Shown: positions 60,131 through 64,000 of the stretch, piece by piece
Numbering within the stretch: the stretch's first letter is position 1
Layout of the letters: each line of letters begins with the position of its first letter
Notes under the pieces: model-generated
Databases searched by the model: none
What the model saw: the letters and a program-made list of their open reading frames with translations, nothing else
Told to the model about the DNA's origin: nothing
Origin: Nitrospinaceae bacterium
Lineage (GTDB): Bacteria; Nitrospinota; Nitrospinia; Nitrospinales; Nitrospinaceae
Direction of reading: 5' to 3'
NCBI GenBank assembly: GCA_965223665.1
Contig: OZ245011.1
Coordinates: 1,664,001 to 1,728,000, forward strand
DNA length: 64,000 nucleotides
Translations under genes and position numbers: made by a program

Positions 60131-60898
60131 GTGCTAAAAAGGATTCGACTTATTACTACTCTATTATTTCTGGGCATTTTGGTGCCCATGACTTCTCTGG
60201 CTCAGGTGGGGAAAGGTTTGAGCGGTCCACATTATAATTTAAATATCATCGGAGTGCCCGTTGACAAAACGGCAGACATGATGGACAGCAACCGCCACAC
60301 GATCTTTGTTCCATTGGACACTTCAGGAGAAATTGACAAATCGGTAAAAATATATTTCAGTCGCAATGTGGAAAATCCGGATAAATTTCAAGTGATCGAT
60401 GGCAACGCCACGGATGACGGCAGGGCAGAAATTTTAGTTCCTTACGAATTCTGTCAGGATTTAGAGGCAGGCTGTACCGACATCACCAGTTATGATGTTT
60501 ACGCCGTCGGATTGGGAAAACCCAATGGCATGGCCATTGTCTCTGCAGAATGCACCATTGACGGAGAAGTACTGGACCCGAATGACCAGGAAGCGACCTG
60601 TACGGATTTGCTGCATTCCGGTAGTTTTGATATTAAACGAACCAAAGGAAAACCCAAACGGGAAAACATCACCGATGTGTTTCGTATTTCCGGATGTCTG
60701 GATCTCGCCACCGAAGGTGACTTCGACCTGGGCCCCAATGGGGTTTGTGATGAAGGCGACATTGCGTTTAATGACCTTTGGGTATTCAATATTGAAGAGT
60801 TGATGGAATATATGTGGAACTACTCCAACAACGATCTCAAATTAATGCAGTTGCGATTTTATCCTACTTCTTCCGGATCTATCGGTTCGGTTAAATAA
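60131..60898 (+). CDS. Exported Cys/Asp-rich hypothetical protein
   Basis: GGAGGT SD before GTG 60131; signal peptide ending SLA; six Cys in the mature part. Confidence 0.75.
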   Translation: MLKRIRLITTLLFLGILVPMTSLAQVGKGLSGPHYNLNIIGVPVDKTADMMDSNRHTIFVPLDTSGEIDKSVKIYFSRNVENPDKFQVIDGNATDDGRAEILVPYEFCQDLEAGCTDITSYDVYAVGLGKPNGMAIVSAECTIDGEVLDPNDQEATCTDLLHSGSFDIKRTKGKPKRENITDVFRISGCLDLATEGDFDLGPNGVCDEGDIAFNDLWVFNIEELMEYMWNYSNNDLKLMQLRFYPTSSGSIGSVK

Positions 60899-60911
60899 CG
60901 GGCCCCTCAAT

Positions 60912-60960
60912 TCTCTTCTGGCTTGCGGGTCATCCTGCTGGCCAGAAGAGTTGGCTTTTT
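60912..60960 (+). terminator. Hairpin after the exported-protein gene
   Basis: CTCTTCTGGC...GCCAGAAGAG followed by a T tract. Confidence 0.55.
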
Positions 60961-61467
60961 AAACGTTTTTTTAATGATCAGTGACCGAATTCCCATTCAC
61001 CTTTCGAAGCCTGGTTGAGAACAAACCTCTTACATATAAAAATATTTTCTAAAAATAAGGTCCCTGCCCTTCAATTTTTCGAGCCTACACATAAAGTTGT
61101 ATTTTTCAAAGGATTTCATTGCACACCTGGACGACATGGGAAAACGAAAGGAATCGCCCACGGAATTGAGTTACTCTCAAAAAGATTAATCTATGATCCC
61201 AGAGAAACTTTTCAATAGATGCACCCAAACCGCTTGCGCCAATATCAGCCCCGGTTTGGGTTAACCTAACCTGCCTTTTAAAATTCCTTTCATCATTTAT
61301 TAATAGTTTAGACCAAGGAGTTTTTCCGCATCCGTTTTATAAAAATATGCTAAATACCATATAGCTAATTTAGGGTGGATTTTATGATTGGCTTCTTGAT
61401 AACATGAATCAGAGTTTAACGGGATTGGACTAAAAATATTATTGAAAATTTTTTCAGGAGGTACAGA

Positions 61468-62043
61468 ATGCGCCGCTTATTTCTTATCAGTTGTGTCGGT
61501 TTATTTTTCCTGAGTTTTAACGGTAATGCATTTGCGAGCTCTATGCCAGAATCCGATTTGCTGACCGCGGGAAAGACTTCGCCTTTTCTCATGTTGGCCG
61601 ACCGGGATGATGACCGCGACGATGACCGGGACCGGGGTCGAGGGCGAGATCGAGGTAGGGATCGAGGGCGTGGACGCGTCGGAGATGATGACCGCGACGA
61701 CGATCGCAAGGATATGAGAAAGGAACGACGTAAAGCGCGCAAGGAGGCCGAGAAAGAAAGACGTAAAGCTCGCAAAGAAATGGAGAAGGAAGAACGCAAA
61801 GCCCGCAAAGAAATGAGAAAAGAACGGAGAAAAGCTCGGAGAGAAGAAGATAAAGACCGAGAAGAATTCCAGCGGGAACGCCGTAAGGACCAAGAAGAAG
61901 CCCGACGCGAAGCGCAAGAAAGACGCGATGAAAGAAGACGCGAAGCAGAAGAAAGACGGGAAGAAGCCATGGAAAAAGCCAAAGAAAAACGCGAAGAAGC
62001 TAAACAAAGAGGCGAAAATAGACGAAGAGGAAGAAGAGATTAA
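61468..62043 (+). CDS. Exported R/D/E/K-rich low-complexity protein
   Basis: AGGAGG SD; signal peptide (AFA); DRDDDR and KERRKARKE repeats. Confidence 0.8.
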   Translation: MRRLFLISCVGLFFLSFNGNAFASSMPESDLLTAGKTSPFLMLADRDDDRDDDRDRGRGRDRGRDRGRGRVGDDDRDDDRKDMRKERRKARKEAEKERRKARKEMEKEERKARKEMRKERRKARREEDKDREEFQRERRKDQEEARREAQERRDERRREAEERREEAMEKAKEKREEAKQRGENRRRGRRD

Positions 62044-62068
62044 TTTGACGATTAATTAGGAGAATTCA

Positions 62069-62461
62069 ATGAGATATTACAGCATCGCTCGGGTATGGAG
62101 CATCCTTCTATTCATTTTGATTGTATCAGGAGGCTGTGCCCAATATGGCAGAGTCATTTTAGGTGATGACGGAGGCGGCGTGGTGGATATCGAAATCGAT
62201 AAAGGACCCCAGCGGGTTCCGTATCCTCCTCCGAACAATCGCGTTTATGATTACGAAAGGGATAACAACCGTCGCTATGGTCGTGGACCGGCACGCGGTC
62301 ATTACGAAAGCCGACTGCCGAGAGTTCCTCCGGGGCATATGCCGCCTCCCGGACAATGTCGCATTTGGTATCCCGGAACACCGCCGGGCCAACAGCCCCC
62401 ACCCGGCAATTGCCGAGAACTGCGACGCAACCTTCCCCCGGGTGCCTGGCTGATTCGATAA
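62069..62461 (+). CDS. Proline-rich lipoprotein
   Basis: AGGAG SD; SGGC lipobox; VPPGHMPPPGQCRIWYPGTPPGQQPPPGNC. Confidence 0.78.
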   Translation: MRYYSIARVWSILLFILIVSGGCAQYGRVILGDDGGGVVDIEIDKGPQRVPYPPPNNRVYDYERDNNRRYGRGPARGHYESRLPRVPPGHMPPPGQCRIWYPGTPPGQQPPPGNCRELRRNLPPGAWLIR

Positions 62462-62483
62462 AGTTATCTCAGAAAAATTCAAC

Positions 62484-62517
62484 GGCTCCTGCCAAAACGC
62501 AGGAGCCATTTTTTTTT
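62484..62517 (+). terminator. Intrinsic terminator
   Basis: GGCTCCTGC-loop-GCAGGAGCC followed by a T run. Confidence 0.88.
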
Positions 62518-62567
62518 GGAGCACGCAAAATTTTTTCTTTACCTCGGTCATTTGTTTATAATGAGCT

Positions 62568-62864
62568 ATGACTCAACCAAAATTAATAAATCACAAAACA
62601 AATGATAATGCTCGCCGCTTTTTAGAATTGCCGGAAAATGTTTATTCGGAGAGACTTTTTTTGCACACACTTTATTCATGGGGGGCTCAACCCAAAGAAT
62701 TCATTTATACCGTCCTTGAATCCTGGATTATGTTTCATTACCAAAATTATGAATTCAGCATCAATAATCAATATGGTGAATACTGGTTCTTTGTCAGGGA
62801 TCCGGAGTGCCCGGAAGAAATACTTGAGAAGGTGGCGATCCACTTTGCAACGCTACTTAAATAA
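62568..62864 (+). CDS. Hypothetical protein
   Basis: 98-aa ORF; ESWIMFHY...FSINNQYGEYWFFV.DP.CPE.IL. Confidence 0.65.
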   Translation: MTQPKLINHKTNDNARRFLELPENVYSERLFLHTLYSWGAQPKEFIYTVLESWIMFHYQNYEFSINNQYGEYWFFVRDPECPEEILEKVAIHFATLLK

Positions 62865-62906
62865 TGGGTAATAATTTTCGACCGATTTAAATTTTTCTCA
62901 AAAATA

Positions 62907-63374
62907 TTATCGGCCATTCTTTAGTTGCCGCACTTCTTCCAAACAGTGTTTTACTTCTTTGACTTTTGGATGTTCGTCAGGAAGAATTGATTGGAGTATG
63001 CCCAAGGCAGCTTCATAATTCTTTTTGGCTTTTGCATTCTCGCCTTTCGCTTTCCAGGCTTCCCCAAAGTTAAACCAACCGGTTGCAACATTCATTTTAG
63101 TTTCATTATCTAATGAAGCGATAAGATCAATACATTTTTTTGAATTATTAAAGGTTTCTTCATGTTTATCTAATCCGGTTGCGTATGAAACGGGGATTAC
63201 ATGATCCGGGACTTTAAATAGATCCTGGTTTCCGAAATGAATAAAATAATTACTCAGAATCTTCATTTTAATTTTGTAGGCTTTTTTGATTTCAGCTTTT
63301 TGTTTCCACGACTCTACCCAACTTTTCAAACGCTTAACCAGCATAAAATGTTTGTCCTCTGAGACCTTATTCAT
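62907..63374 (-). CDS. Protein with one degenerate TPR
   Basis: VATGWFNFGEAWKAKGE..KAKKNYEAAL.....LPDEHP. Confidence 0.65.
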   Translation of the reverse strand: MNKVSEDKHFMLVKRLKSWVESWKQKAEIKKAYKIKMKILSNYFIHFGNQDLFKVPDHVIPVSYATGLDKHEETFNNSKKCIDLIASLDNETKMNVATGWFNFGEAWKAKGENAKAKKNYEAALGILQSILPDEHPKVKEVKHCLEEVRQLKNGR

Positions 63375-63435
63375 ACTTAAATAGTCTCATTGATTTTTTA
63401 TTTCATATTGGAGTCATTCTATCACGAAACTGTTA

Positions 63436-64000
63436 TCAATAACTGTTTTGGTCGCGGGCGAAGTTGAGGTCCTTTTGAATGGAAATTACCCTGGGATGAT
63501 TTTCTCCAAACGATTTTCTTATAATTTCCAGAGCTTTTTCCAGGTTCTCAATGGCTAAGTCGAACTGTCCACTTTTTACATACGTATTACCCAGTTCCTG
63601 ATAACTGCCTGCTACTTGAGGATGACTTTCACCAAATGTTTTTAAATTAATGATTAGAGCCTCTTTAAAAAATTTAATGGCTTTTGTGTAATCTCCTTTA
63701 CTTTTCCATACCGCCCCCAAATTCCCTAAGCTAAGTGCGCTATTCGGATGCTCTCCTCCTAAGGTTTTCCTATTATTTGCAAGTGCCTTCTCATAATAAG
63801 AAATGGCTTTGTCATAGTTTCCACTCCGGTACAATACAAAACCAAGACTATTTTGATCTATTGCTACTTTTGGGTGATTTTCACCAAATGCCCTTATATC
63901 AACTTTTAAGGCTTTCTCATAAAATTCGATAGCCTTACCATAGTTTTCTTTTGCCAACCAAGCTAGTCCTAGATTGGTATAGTTTTCAGCAACATTAGGA
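63436..64000 (-). CDS. TPR protein, 5' end outside the window
   Basis: 42-aa HPxVA..LG..Y.KAI.FYEKAL repeats; frame open to the right edge. Confidence 0.88.
   Translation of the reverse strand, partial: PNVAENYTNLGLAWLAKENYGKAIEFYEKALKVDIRAFGENHPKVAIDQNSLGFVLYRSGNYDKAISYYEKALANNRKTLGGEHPNSALSLGNLGAVWKSKGDYTKAIKFFKEALIINLKTFGESHPQVAGSYQELGNTYVKSGQFDLAIENLEKALEIIRKSFGENHPRVISIQKDLNFARDQNSY

Overview
Bacterial window, probably from a Gram-negative organism (lipoproteins, an outer-membrane beta-barrel, a sigma-54 system); the taxon cannot be assigned from sequence alone. Left to right: (1) a large secreted RHS/YD-repeat protein gene running off the left edge, interrupted by one in-frame TAG; (2) a chemosensory/c-di-GMP block (truncated haemoglobin, PilZ, two PAS-containing MCPs of which one is frameshifted, GGDEF), with a divergent CHASE-PAS kinase and LuxR-type regulator, then a PiT transporter; (3) an adjacent TPR protein and NACHT NTPase that share an N-terminal GDKVGGDKVGRDK amyloid-like motif; (4) about 25 kb of small accessory genes (GNAT toxin-antitoxin pair, orphan barstar, duplicated lipoproteins, TPR/Sel1 proteins, L,D-transpeptidase-like protein, cytochrome c, ArsR/SRPBCC, GrlR-like protein, AT-rich nuclease-like gene); (5) a sigma-54/RtcR RNA-repair locus, rtcR <> rtcB-rtcA-(three copies of a covarying ~64-nt structured RNA)-TerD-domain gene; (6) a ~3.2 kb segment with arsR-arsI/cadI-arsC bounded by a duplicated rtcR 3' end; (7) exported low-complexity proteins and TPR genes. 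A modular palindromic REP/MITE-like repeat occurs at about 13 intergenic sites. No rRNA, tRNA, CRISPR array, integrase or transposase was recognised. The best candidates for new biology are the tandem RNA motif in the Rtc operon and the TPR/NACHT pair with a shared motif. All family names come from motif recognition by eye, not from database searches.
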